From Octopus sinensis (Eukaryota): a DNA stretch of 64,000 nt. The notes beneath the pieces were generated by a model. The model had not been told where the DNA came from. It ran no database searches and saw nothing but the letters and a program-made list of their open reading frames with translations. Below are positions 29,096-41,699 of this stretch, piece by piece (position 1 is the first letter of the stretch; every line of letters begins with the position of its first letter). Where the stretch lies: assembly GCF_006345805.1 (NCBI RefSeq), contig NC_042999.1:34782001-34846000 (forward strand), read 5' to 3'. The position numbers and the translations under genes were made by a program.

Positions 29096-29415
29096 CAGTC
29101 AGTCAGTCAGTCAATTAGTCAGTCCGTCACTCAGTCAGTCAGTCACACCCTCCGTAATAGCCATATTGTAGGTTTGCCGCTCTGGAAATTTTTTATAAAT
29201 TCCTTTGTTGGTATATATCGATAAAAAGGCAGTTTTGAAGCGTCTGTTATTATTTACTATCACAAATTTAGATATTAGTTGCCAATATTTAGGTTCACTG
29301 CAGAACATGTCTTAACATTTGCTAAACAATATTAATATGTTCTGGCGAATTTTTTCTGTTTTCAATTGCAACACAGTCCCCCCACCTCTCTCTATCTTTA
29401 TCTCTCTTTCTCTCT

Positions 29416-29457
<42 letters not shown>

Positions 29458-30013
29458 CTCTCTCTCTCGCTTAGTACTGTTTTCATTAACAATGATTTAC
29501 TTAATATATATTCATTGCAATTTTTTCATTTCAAGCTTTATTTCGTTATTTCTGATGAGAAAATCAGATATCTCATTGACTTAAATTCCCTGTGTAAATG
29601 CCTTCAATTTATTGTTTGTACATACTGGAAATGAATTATATTGGACAACTTATTAAAATTTAATAATTCTTCGAACTCATATAACATATTTCCTTTCCGT
29701 TGTTATCTAAGAATTATTAAGTGAATTTGTTGGTATGGCTATTTGATAAGCTACAGGTATTAAAATATCTCTGTGAGATTGCAACTATTTTTTGTACACT
29801 AAATGTAGTTAGGCTACCTTGATGTTTGTATAAGAAGGAGAAATTATGACTGTGATAAAATAATGAAAGCAATATTTACTAAGCAAGTGAGTACTATCAT
29901 AAAAAAAATAATTATTCATAAAAATCATAAACATTCTTAGTATTGAGAACAAAATGTGAAAATACTATCAAGTAGCAAGCAGAAAACCACCCGAAGGGCG
30001 GTCTTTCTGCTAC
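29010..30013 (+). mobile_element. Probable non-autonomous Helitron
   Basis: (TTAG)n/(TCAG)n near the 5' end; terminal hairpin gcagaaaaccacccgaagggcggtctttctgc followed by ctac (CTAG-like); the internal part is related to 26450-26880. Confidence 0.5.
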
Positions 30014-30744
30014 TTTATTGTAATTCAGTTATAGAATAATTGCTAAGCATTAATCATATAGACGCTACGCCTGAGATTGAAACTGACTTATATATTTCAT
30101 TGAGATCATGTCGTAAATGTAACAAAGAGGAATTAATTCGCTAGGTCAATGTATATAACTGTTAATTTTTGTTTTAATTCTCACCACATAATTTCTGCAT
30201 CGGAACATTTTCCATACATTATGATAAAAAATATTCTTCTTGGAATATAAAACTATTTTTACAGCATGAATTCTAATACTACTGTCGGGTTATACTTTTT
30301 TCAGTTGCACATAGCTGAAGTAACTTTCATATCGATGATAACCAGAATAGGAAATTTATGCCTACCACTTGAGTGCACTGTATACGGAAATATTCCTGTG
30401 GCTATATATATTGACAAGTACAAACTAAATATATTTGTTTTGTTAGTACTTTCACAATTTTTATTTCACCATTTTTATATGCTTTATTGCACTTAAGCAC
30501 TAACATTGCACTTAAGAATATGAGTTTTTATTTTATTTTATTTCATTACGCGTAGCAGTGAAACATAAAAATCAAAACCTCTACAAATTTTATGAATAAT
30601 TTTTAACTGAAGGAGTAAATTTTAAAAATTATGTTCTTTTTCGATCCAGGGTAAATTCAAATTATCACAAAGTATTAATAATCGTTATGACAAGAGTGAA
30701 GTAAATGAACAACTAAAAATATTTTATTAAATCTAGTCTTTGTT

Positions 30745-30981
30745 TGTTCCTTCTCGAGCCATGCCTGGCTCATAATGGCCGGTTTCCCGGTTTCTTGGCG
30801 TATAGGTTTCCCCACCTGGACGGGACGCCGTCCGTCGGAGGTGAGCTGCAAGATGCTGGAGGAAAGAGTGAGAGAAAGTTGTGACGAAAGAGTCAGCAGA
30901 AGTTCGCCATTACCTTCTGCCGGAGCCGCGTGGAGCTTAGGTGTTTTCGCTCATAAACACACACATCGCCCGGTCTGAGAT
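30745..30981 (-). mobile_element. SINE, family C body with tail 3
   Basis: Reverse complement gagcgaaaacacctaagctccacgcggctccggcagaagg matches the family C body; the tail is unrelated to the other two. Confidence 0.7.
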
Positions 30982-32124
30982 TTTGTGCCTCCACAAAGTT
31001 AGTCTATAACTTATGTAGTATTATAACAAACATTACGTTATGTTGTCTATTTATATGTATATCGCTTATGTCAATCACGCATTAGAGATAAAATTACAGA
31101 TCAATAAACATAAGTGCAGGTCTCCGTTTTAATAAATTCGTTTATAAAATGATTTTGCTCTCACGACTTTTGTGTCTCTGTGGCCTCTTTATGCATATGA
31201 GATTGCGCAACTTATCAACCAAGAGGTATTTACCGGTATATCTTAATAAAATATTGTTTTTGTTTCAATGTCATTTATTGTGTAAAGGCCTTTCCTCTAC
31301 TTAGAAGTTCCTCAAAAGCATTCTGTAACACTTTAAGTGAAATGGTATGTATTAATGCTATCACTGATTTCATAGAAGACGCACTGGCTGCAGCCAGTAT
31401 AAATATTATAAGTCTAAAATCAAACTATATTTCGACATTTATACAATTTTATATTAATAATTATGAAGTTAAAATTATATAAGTTCAGTCAGATATATAC
31501 ATATCTATAGACTTTTATTGATCGAAAATATGATAAAAACATTCTATTCATATATATGTGTATGTGTATTTGTGTGTATATGATTGTGTGTGTGTGTTTG
31601 TGTGTGAGTTTTTGTGTGTGTATGTTTGTGTGTCTATGTGTGTGTTTGTGTATGAGTGTACATTAGGAGGCAGAGGCGCCTCAAATAAAGAAAAATGTTT
31701 TATACACATAGACGGACATATGTATAAATATTCATATATATATATATATAGGGGGGGTGTATGTGTGTGTATAACTTATATACACATATATACATCACAC
31801 TCACACACAAAAAGAGATTAATTAATTTATACGCAGAAGCAGATATCCAACTAACTTTCTACAGTATTAGTTTCACAATAACATATAATTTATAAAACGT
31901 TGGAATAAGATATAAATATATAATTATAATAGTCATGAATGCCACAGACGCCAACCATGTCATGAGATAAATAATAGCGTTATGAAATGTAGGTATAATG
32001 GTTCGGGTATTAGGCTCAACAGTGAGTTATGTTCTTGAGCAAGGTACTTCATTTCATGTCTGTCCGGCTTACTTAGGTAAAAATGAGCACCAGCCGAATA
32101 GTGATGCAATAAACGAAAGTATAA

Positions 32125-32206
<82 letters not shown>

Positions 32207-32254
32207 TATGTGTGTGTGTGTGTTTGTGTGGGTGTGTGTGTGTGGAAAAAAGTC

Positions 32255-32590
32255 AAGGTAGGAAATGGTAAAATAATTTTATAAAAAACATAAAAACTTT
32301 CAATAGTGGTTACAGTCATTGAGACTTTTTCAACAGTAAGTATGGAAAACAATTAAATTTGAGAAAAATTAAAAGAAAGGTTTTTTAAAAGAATATTTGC
32401 ATAGCATTCAAATACAAGGGGCATTTTTCTTGTTTCTGTCTGTTTCTGTGTCTCTTGTTTACTCTTGTGGGTCGTTGTGAATTCGTGGCAGAGAAGAAGA
32501 AGGAGGAGGGGGAGGAGGATAAAAAGAATGAGGAAGAGGAGGAGGAGGAGGAGGAGAAGAAGAAGAAGAAGAAGAAGAAGAATGCGAGAG
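32255..32590 (-). mobile_element. Diverged copy of the pseudo-LTR at 1080-1380
   Basis: The reverse complement aligns with 1095-1320, including a decayed ttgaaaa-agtc..gact hammerhead at ~32297-32338. Confidence 0.7.
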
Positions 32591-32669
32591 TGTCATGATA
32601 GTAGTAGAATGTTATCATTCTACTATCATGTTATCATACTACTATCATGGCACTCCCGCATTCTTATAT

Positions 32670-33060
32670 ACAAATAAATACGATAAATGCTCATGCAGAG
32701 AAAAATCAAAATGTCCATTGATGAATCTCTGTATGAGTACACATCTTGTATATAATTGTAGCGTGCACACAAAGGGAGGGCCGTATGTATTCATTTAAAT
32801 ATCATTGTCATAAACATGTCACCAGTTTTAAGACATTCAATAGGAGACATTCAACATCTTTGTCCGATTTTGTATGGCGACTGAAAGAGGATAAAATGAA
32901 GTACATCATGATTTGGTCCATAGTAAGACAAGCGAAACCATACAATATAATTTCCTGGAGATGCCGTCTCTGCTCGGCGAAACCCCCTTCTATCCTGTGG
33001 ACTAATGAGACGATCATTAATAAACTTTCGCACAATACAGTGGGAATGAATTCTGAGTAA
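32670..33060 (+). pseudogene. PLE GIY-YIG remnant, Naiad-like type
   Basis: KCSCREKSKCPLMNLC..LVY; FK..HVTSF..TSLSDFVWRLK..WSIVRQAKPY..CRLC..INK. Confidence 0.75.
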
Positions 33061-33929
33061 CTGTTAACATAATTTACTTTACGGTATGGATGACTTAAGT
33101 TTACTTTAAACCTCACCATTCTTATTAAACACCAAATAGATAGTTAACTCCCTTTGTGATCACGAGAACGCCAAACCTCACATGTGTGCATGCTCACATT
33201 TTCGCGGCTGCTTTTCCGAGGGCGTTTATACATCAATATATGTTAACAGTTATTTTTAATACATTTCTCGCTGTATTGCGTGATCGTTTCTCTTTTTCCC
33301 ATCCGTGATTTTATTTTTGATCTGTGTAAGTGAAGATATTTCCTCCGTCTCGTAGCTCTTCTTTCTACAAAACGAAAATTTATATTACGGAACTGTTATT
33401 TTAACGAGTCGTGTCTATTTATCACCCGATGAGATACGTCTGCACCGCCCGATACCCTGAACTAGTTGTTAAGCGTCTCACCCGCGAGGAATTAATACAT
33501 TCTTGTATATTCCATCGTCCGTCTTTCTTTTGCCATACATATATAATTATTATTTGAGGGAACATTAATCCAAACTTACAGGGAAAAAAATTCAATTTAG
33601 AAATACTAAATCAAATTTCACACAATATATCAATATATCAAACTTTTATCAATTCAAAGTGAACAATTAAGTTACACCATCTAGAAAATTACATATAAAA
33701 ATTAAAGTAACAATAAAATATCAATATTTAAGTAAATAGCAAAAAAATAATAAAAAACGTATATAATTGGTATATATATATATATATATATAAACATATA
33801 TATATATAAAGTAACAAACGGAGGAAAAGCACTCCTTCAATGTGGTGTGTTGAACATCCACGTTAGTGGTACTTCAGTTGGATTCTATATAAACATTAAT
33901 ATTATTCAATAATAAATATAGACTAAAAA

Positions 33930-34295
33930 TAGAGATATTCTATTGACAATCCAGTAATTTATTTATATACAATATTACATTAAATACTGTGAATAGAATA
34001 TATAACATAACATAATATTATATTAATAATTATAAAAACCATAAAAGGACAACAAATTGTTTCGACATTTTTTTTTCTGATATTCATAATCACAGTTCCA
34101 TTATATATAAGTCACTGTGATTATGTATATCAGAAAATATATATATATATATATAAAAGTCGAAACTATGTGTTGGCTTTTACGGTTTTTATAATTATTT
34201 ATATAATATTATGCTGTTATATATTATATTCAGAGTATTTAATGTAATATTGTAATATAAATAAATTATTGGATTGTCAATAGAATATACCTATA
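33930..34295. repeat. Long imperfect inverted repeat (about 165-180-bp arms, 17-nt loop)
   Basis: tattctattgacaatccagtaatttatttat...cataatcacagt versus actgtgattatg...ataaataaattattggattgtcaatagaata. Confidence 0.85.
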
Positions 34296-34323
34296 CTTAA
34301 TTTATCTTTATATACATACATAC

Positions 34324-34380
<57 letters not shown>

Positions 34381-34381
34381 C

Positions 34382-34837
34382 TTGACAAATGCCAAACTTC
34401 ACATACCACATCCTTCCCCAGCAGTTAAAAAATGTGCACGCCCAAACTGTGGCACCTGCTCCTTCCTACTTGAAGGCTCTGAATTTATCTTCAAACAAAT
34501 AACGAAGTTTAAAATCAAGACCAACTTCTCCTGTTCCTCCGAGAACCTTATCTACGTTCTCACATGCGCCGGTTGCCAACATAATTATGTTGGACAAACG
34601 AGCCTCCCTTTACGTAAAAGAGTAGCGGTGCATAAAGAACAAATAAATCTCCCGGAATACCGGCAAATCCCACTGAGTGACCACATAGACTCATGCGCTA
34701 AAGACAAAAATCCCAAATTCTACATATTCCCCTTCTACCAATGTAAAGACGGAATCACCACACAGGAGAGAATTAACAAGGAGAATCTCTTTATTGAAAA
34801 ATTCAAAACGCATCTTAATATGCGAACTCCTCGTTGA
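34382..34837 (+). CDS. PLE GIY-YIG endonuclease domain (Neptune-like), 5'-truncated but uninterrupted
   Basis: CARPNCGTC zinc finger, FSCSSENLIYVLTCAGCQHNYVGQT..LRKR..H..H..E..LN; starts immediately after (TA)n. Confidence 0.85.
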   Translation: MTNAKLHIPHPSPAVKKCARPNCGTCSFLLEGSEFIFKQITKFKIKTNFSCSSENLIYVLTCAGCQHNYVGQTSLPLRKRVAVHKEQINLPEYRQIPLSDHIDSCAKDKNPKFYIFPFYQCKDGITTQERINKENLFIEKFKTHLNMRTPR

Positions 34838-35498
34838 TCATACTTCTTTTTTCTACCTCATTCTTCATGGATGGACTAACACAAATATATAAGGATACCA
34901 TGCAGTCATGACTTCAAGCTAAAACTTATATTCTTTAATTATCATTATTATTATTGTTGTTATTATTATTATTATTGTATATGACATAACAATCTGAAAT
35001 GTAATTATAAATTGGTTTATGTAAATTTATATAATTAGAAAACAATATAAATAAAGTGTTAAAATCTGAATGTTAAGTTAGCAAACAATTATATAAAAAA
35101 AGACAATGCAAATGAAGCTAAAATGATAATTTTATGATTTAAGGTTTATTAACACCCTTTATTACAAAAAATTGATAAACCCAAATTGAAGAACTTAAAA
35201 CCCATAGAGTTGTCTCCCCTTATTCACAGGAACTGGTCTACTACTTCCTGTTTTGCCATTCACTTAAGAGACATCCTTAATTAAATTAAACAGCACATGG
35301 ATTTAATCCCATGGATCTCAATCCTCCAAGGTAATTTTTTCAAGAACTATCATTAAACTCAAGATACACAAAGACTTTACAATGTATCGGAGTACCTATT
35401 TTTTATTTTTTGTATATATTTATTATTATTTTTTTGAAAAAACAATGTAAATTTTCTTTTTTCTCCCTCCTCAAATTTAAAACAAAAATTTTCTTTAC

Positions 35499-35540
35499 AA
35501 TTCTTGAAAAGTCACATTAAGATGAAAACCGTTTTGAATT
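35499..35540 (+). ncRNA. Type I hammerhead motif, U3-A8 variant
   Basis: aattc-UUGAAAA-gtc(acattaa)gat-GAAA-accgtt-UU-gaatt; 5-bp stem I; about 660 nt downstream of the GIY-YIG stop. Confidence 0.6.
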
Positions 35541-35692
35541 AATATATATATATTTTATCAATTTTTCAAAATTCTCCATACACCCATTTTCATTAAAAAA
35601 TTTTTTCAATTTAGCATTCTGCCCTTTTATAATTTTTCCTTGCCTATCATTTTGTCCACGTGCGGTCAACACAACGCCACTATTTATTGATT

Positions 35693-35735
<43 letters not shown>

Positions 35736-35779
35736 ACACACACCATACACACAAATATATAATGTGTGTGTTATAGTTT

Positions 35780-35853
<74 letters not shown>

Positions 35854-35982
35854 GATGGATGGATGGATGGATGGATGGTGAAGGGTATTATATTCCACGA
35901 GGTTATATCATTCTATTTTTCAAAAAACAATTTTTAAATAGTTAACATAAAAATTTTTTACAAAATTTTTGAAATATACATT

Positions 35983-36013
<31 letters not shown>

Positions 36014-37615
36014 GTGTGCGTGTGTGTGTGTGTCTGTGTGTGTGTGTATGTGTTTGTGTGTTTCGCGCATGTATGTACACAAACTTACATAACATACATA
36101 TCTAGAAATGTATGTGATTATAAATATATTTATATATACATATTCATGCACACGCGTCTGAATAAGTGTGTGTTTATGTAGAGAGGTGCTTGTGTGTAGG
36201 AATGTATATGTGAGTATACGTATACACATACATGTGTATAGTATATATGTACAGCCATATATGCTTACTGAAAACATCAAAGAAAATTGGTGGCATTATT
36301 TAGATCGACATAAATAGAGACGACAAATTGCTTGGAAAGAGAATTGAAATTTCATTAAAATTTCTCTAAACATCTCACTTCCTTGTAGGCATAACAAATC
36401 AACTTATTGTCGCACTCAGTAAAATGTGGATTCTGTATTATATACAGAAGTCATTAGAGAGGTGTGTATATAACAAAATTTGTTGTTATACAAAGTGAAA
36501 TTATGAACAGTCACACAGGTAAACAATTGTTAACTTGGCACTAATTTACCAACATAATCAGTTACCTACGTATTTATCTCCTCCCCACATTCTCTCTCCC
36601 TTTCTTTCTCTCTTTCTTTATATATAACGTTCGGTGAACCCGGTTCTCACAACAAATATGCCTCGAGATAACGGAAATTTGTAGAAACTGTAATTTATTT
36701 GATGATTACACATTTAAATTGATGTCCTTTGAGGGTAGTGCCAGCTGTGGTTTCACAAAGTGAATTGAAATGCATTGCTCAAATAAACAAGGTAGCGCCG
36801 GATCTAGGAGTTGAAATCATGTCCCTATGATCGTAAGCCGAACACTCTTACACTAATCAGAGGGTTATTATAAACATCTTGCAAATCACGACGTTTCTAA
36901 CTTTCGTGTAACACACAAGTTCAAAATGTCAGTTATATATTCTCTTAAATGTTTTTTTTTTCAGCTGTTCCTCCCAGATCAGTATTTCTGGTATGGAAAA
37001 ATACTGATCACGATAAACATATTCGAATATGGATGTAATCAGCGGGTATTTGAACACTACTAGCGGTATTTATATTTTCATTTCTAATCAGTGCAGTAAA
37101 ATTTACATCGGTGATAAATAGAAACTATACGTTATCTTTTGCACTCGAGTAGGTCTAACGAAAATGCACCCGTGGCCTAATACACTGGTATATTTTTCAA
37201 TAGTTCTTGTAATTTTTGCCGTTTCATCGTAGAATGTTTCCCCTGCACACAAGCAAAAATATTATATTTTGAAATATGTCAACTGTGATACAAGCTATTG
37301 AACCAAGAAAACAAGTTTTATGCATCATATGCTACAGCGAATCTTATAAACTAAAAACTTTATGATGATGCATAGTAAAGGTTTTTCACTGAAAGAATCG
37401 ATTTAAATCATTATGTGACGAAAATTAGCGCACGTATTTAATTAGTATGATGATGTTGGAAAGGAAATTTACAACTAAAGTGTTATTTAATGAGAAACGA
37501 GAATTATTTTTATAAAACGTGTTCAATAAGCCGCCATCTTTGAGAAGGCTTCGAATAATTTCTAGTCTAAATTACATACATTTATATATGTACATTATAT
37601 ATGTACATTTATATA

Positions 37616-37686
<71 letters not shown>

Positions 37687-37690
<4 letters not shown>

Positions 37691-37799
37691 TAAGCAATAA
37701 AGGGTTTAGCAACGAATTGCCTTACCACATACCGAATTTAGAAATAGCAGTCGGTATGTGGTAAGGCAATTCGTTGCTAAACCCTTTATTGCTTAGTAT
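37687..37799. repeat. Perfect 49-bp-arm hairpin, 15-nt loop
   Basis: 37687-37735 is the exact reverse complement of 37751-37799; it starts at the edge of a (TA)n tract. Confidence 0.95.
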
Positions 37800-38365
37800 T
37801 ACTTAAATTTTCCTCGAATGAGGCTTTTACATGCCGAAGACTACTTGGTGTAATTGATAATTATTCCAAATTAATTAATTTCACCCTTCATTATTACGGA
37901 TAACTATATATATATATATATGTATGAAAATGACACGCTAAAATAATATTTTCTTGCGCAGGTACAAGTCCAAAAGTAGTGGAGTATTTTGACGGATTAA
38001 AACGATCCTAGTATTTGATTAGCACTTAATTTTATTTTACAGACCCATCTGAAGGATGAGTCATAAACTTGATTTCGTCGCGACTTTACACAATGTAAAG
38101 ACTTACGTGATATCTGCAAGATAGATTAAATTCTCATGAATCTCTAACATGTGGCATTCTATCCGACACACTAACAATTCTGCTAATTCGCTGTCAATAA
38201 ACATGCGAGATCTTGTATTTGAATAACAAAAATGGTTATTTATATGTAATATTTAAGATATTTTACAAAACGTCTACTTTCTGATAAACATTCATGTACA
38301 AGCTCACACACATGCACATAAAATGCATACATACGTATATCATATGTGTGTGTGTGTGCTTATGT

Positions 38366-38408
<43 letters not shown>

Positions 38409-38433
38409 TATGACTTAACTATCCTCTCACACC

Positions 38434-38485
38434 GTCTCCGATGAAGGGATATAATTGTTAAATATCCTAGAAACAGCTGTAAGGC
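38434..38485 (+). ncRNA. Hammerhead-like motif in a ~140-bp (TA)n-flanked insert (38408-38550)
   Basis: gtct-CCGAUGA-agggatat..atatccta-GAAA-cagctg-UA-aggc; palindromic stem III, U4C change and an A-A mismatch at the base of stem II. Confidence 0.5.
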
Positions 38486-38588
38486 CTATCTATAAATGCT
38501 CTAATATCTACAGAGCCTTGGTTTTTTATCATATTACGCCAAATATTCCTATATATATATATATGTGCGTGTGTGTGTGTGTGTGTGT

Positions 38589-38880
38589 GGAGGCGCAATG
38601 GCCCAGTAGTTAGGGCAGCGGACTCGCGGTCGTAGGAACGCGGTTTCGATTCCCAGACAGGGCGTTGTAAGTGTTTATTGAGCGAAAACACCTAAAAGCT
38701 TCACGAGGCTCCGGCAGGGGGTGGTGATCCCTGCTGCACTCTTTCACCACTCTTTCTCTCAATCTTTCTTCTGTTGGCCTGCTCGCTTAGCCAGCGGGGT
38801 GGCGTCATTCGAAGGCTAAAACAATGGGAACGCATTGTGACCAGCGATGTGTAGCAACATCTGATAGTCTGGTCGTGATA
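38589..38880 (+). mobile_element. tRNA-derived SINE family C, full length
   Basis: ggaggcgcaatggcccagtagttagggcagcggactcgcgg..ggtttcgattccc tRNA head; close reverse copy at 61403-61703. Confidence 0.85.
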
Positions 38881-39439
38881 TATATGTGTGTGTCTGCGTG
38901 TGTGTGTGTGCGCGTGTGTGTATATGTGTATGTATGTATGTATATATCGTGAGAGAGTTTAAGTACCTCTTGCCAGATGTGCACCATGACTTAGCGATGA
39001 TGTCCTTGTGCGGGTATATGTGTACACAGCAATCGTCTAGAGACTCTCTCTCTCTCTCTTTCTCATTCTCTCCCCTCTCACTCTTTCGCTTACTTTTGCG
39101 ATTACGTTCATCTCTCTTGCAAGCATACAACGAAAATCCAAATCTGCTTGTGAGCATGCTAAAAGCAGGGAGAAAATATACCATCTGTTATATATGTGAA
39201 TGAACTCTAATTGTACACCAAAAATATAAAATGCCTCCGATCTCTGCGTTCAAATAATAGGAATATATACCAAGAATAATCTATATGCATTATGGGAGGA
39301 ATTAGTAGGAAATTCTAATTATGAAGAAAGTTTAAAAGGTTAAACTTGATTGATATACACGTTTTGTGAGATAATGTCTTTAATTGGTTGGAACGTAATG
39401 ACGTATACGATTACGTAGAGGTCTTCGGGATAATACGGT

Positions 39440-40260
39440 AATGAATAAAGAAATTCATCAGAAAATCTCTTAGGCGTTCAAATGCAGGGTTACGAAAACG
39501 CTTAAAGCAGAACTAACTTGATTAAATGTCTGTAAGGGTATCAATACATGGATTGTGCTGTGTTTGAGATACTCTACTTCTCTTTAAAGTGAATGAAGGC
39601 AGATCTACAGGAATAGGGCAGAAGAACCATGAAGCTATTCAAAATGCGTAACGTACATCATTCTAACAATAACATTGATAGACTTTACTTACAAGGCAAG
39701 AAAGAAGGCACAGAGTCGTGTGTTAAATGCAGAAGACCCCATCAGTACAGCAATTCTGCAGTTGTGAGTAGTAGAGAAAGAATTTTTCTCTGTCAGGAAA
39801 ATCGATGTCATTGAAAAAGCGAGATAAATCGACAACAGGAACACTAACGACAGGACAAATATATTTCTTTATTGCCCACAAGGGACTAAACATAGAGGGG
39901 ACAAACAAGAATAGACAAAGGGTTTAAGTTGATTACATCAACCCCAGTGCGAAACTGGTACTTTATTTATCGACCCCGAAAGGATGAAAGGCAAAGACGA
40001 CCTCGGCGGAATTTGAACTCAGAACGTAACGGCAGACGTAATACGGCTACGCATTTCGCCCGGCGTGCTAACGTTTCTGCAAGGACAAATAGTTGCAATG
40101 ACATAGAAACTCCAGGTTCAAAGAAGAAAAAAGACGGTACAAAACGACAAAGACAAACATGTTGTGGGGTTTGCACATATCGTGGAAACTGTGTAACAAA
40201 ATTAAGTTACAACGAAATTCCACAGAAACAAAATTCCTCAATAAAGTGAATAACTGTTTA
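39440..40260 (+). mobile_element. R4/Dong remnant interrupted by a SINE
   Basis: KGINTW..LRYS, HHSNNNIDRLYL..KEG. Confidence 0.55.
39862..40081 (-). mobile_element. SINE family A
   Basis: TSD aggacaaata at 39852-39861 and 40082-40091. Confidence 0.9.
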
Positions 40261-40530
40261 GGGCCAACCAACGAAACTACCACATAACCTCACTTACTCT
40301 GATGTCCAATGGTAAATCCTCTCTCTCATTCATTTGTCGGTTCCTCGGATACATACCCGAGAAGCTCTGTGTAGATCCATTCAAGCGTATCATATTTCTA
40401 CTATCACCCACCATTCAAAAGAATTTACTATGGAGCAGCCCTTTCTTCCCCACTCTATCCACCTGTAACATTAAAAAGTTCATGAAGGCTTATCCGAAGA
40501 GGAAAATGTCTGTCTGATGTTTTGTGGAGA

Positions 40531-40563
<33 letters not shown>

Positions 40564-40599
40564 CCTCTCTCTCATTCTCTCTCCCTCACCCTGATGTTT

Positions 40600-41620
40600 T
40601 GTCTGTCTTATCCACTATGGAACCTCTTCCACCATAGCCAAAAAGTTAGAAGAAATGTCCCTGCCTGCTCCACCAAACAAAGGCAGCGGAAGGCTCTTCA
40701 CGAAGGGCGTGGCTTAAAACCACTTCCATCCCACTTGCGACATTTGTTCAATAAATCTATACAAATCAGTAATGCTCGCACATTGAAAGAATGCGTTCAA
40801 AATGATTTCGTAGCAATGCGTTTATTCCCAGAAGCGAAAGGGCAGACACAAGAGCATGATTAGACGAGATTTAGATTTCGTCTGGAACGGCATATTGGAA
40901 GCAAATTGGGAATATGTAAAGCATTTCAAATATTCTCAGACATTTCCAACTGACAGGTACCGAATGGACTTCCAGAATGTTCCTGCGTGGACCCGGGGTA
41001 ACTACATTGGATCAACCAACTCGTATCTTGGTAAAGTATTTTTAGATCATTACATTGAAATAGTGTAGAATGCCCGCGATTTCAAATACCAGGTTATATA
41101 TACCACTATGGCTTCGTTGATACCTATTTCTTTATTACCCACAAGGGGCTAAACATAGAGGAGACAAACATGGACAGACATAGGTATTAAGTCGATTATA
41201 TCAACCCCAGTGCTTAACTGGTACTTAATTTATCGACCCCGAAAGGATGAAAGGCAAAGTCGACCTCGGCGTAATTTGAACTCACAACGTAACGGCAGCC
41301 GAAATACCGCTAAGCATTTCGCCCGACGTGCTAACGATTCTGCTAGCTCGCCGGCTTCGTTGATACCTTGTACCTTTGCCATCTGGGCCGACTAAACTAT
41401 TTTCGCTCCATTCAGTCTTAAAGCACGTGCCTTATCTCTGAAAACGCAACCTTTGTGTTGAAGAAATGTTCAAGAATAATTTTCACCATAAACACGTATG
41501 TTGCGTTGCATCCTTGCAGTTATTTATTCCCTCTCTAAATACTTTCTCTGCTGCCATCCTAATCACCCTCTCCAGAATGTCCCGACACCGTTGCTACCAA
41601 TTAACTACCACTTAACTTAA
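40600..41620 (+). mobile_element. Highly decayed L1/Tx1-like APE endonuclease remnant
   Basis: TDRYR..VPAWT..GSTNSYLGKVFL resembles the WT..SYLDRV motif and the minus-strand copy near 41780-41900. Confidence 0.45.
41126..41352 (-). mobile_element. SINE family A
   Basis: 16-bp TSD ggcttcgttgatacct at 41110-41125 and 41353-41368. Confidence 0.92.
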
Positions 41621-41699
41621 ATGATAATTCGGCATCGGTAAGCGTTAGGCGTCGAGAAGGATACATTAATCATCTAGTAATCAGGGCCTGCGAGCTCTA

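Noticed and set aside
33425-33520. ccgatgag.. hammerhead-like start downstream of the Naiad-type GIY-YIG
   Set aside because: No GAAA or stem III could be placed.
36963-37065. Strong plus-strand acceptor followed by VPPRSVFLVWKN
   Set aside because: The frames hit stops, no strong in-frame donor was found and no homology was recognised.
38589-38665. tRNA-like sequence (also 61630-61703 and other SINE heads)
   Set aside because: It continues into a repeated SINE body and the cloverleaf is imperfect, so it is a SINE head rather than a tRNA gene.
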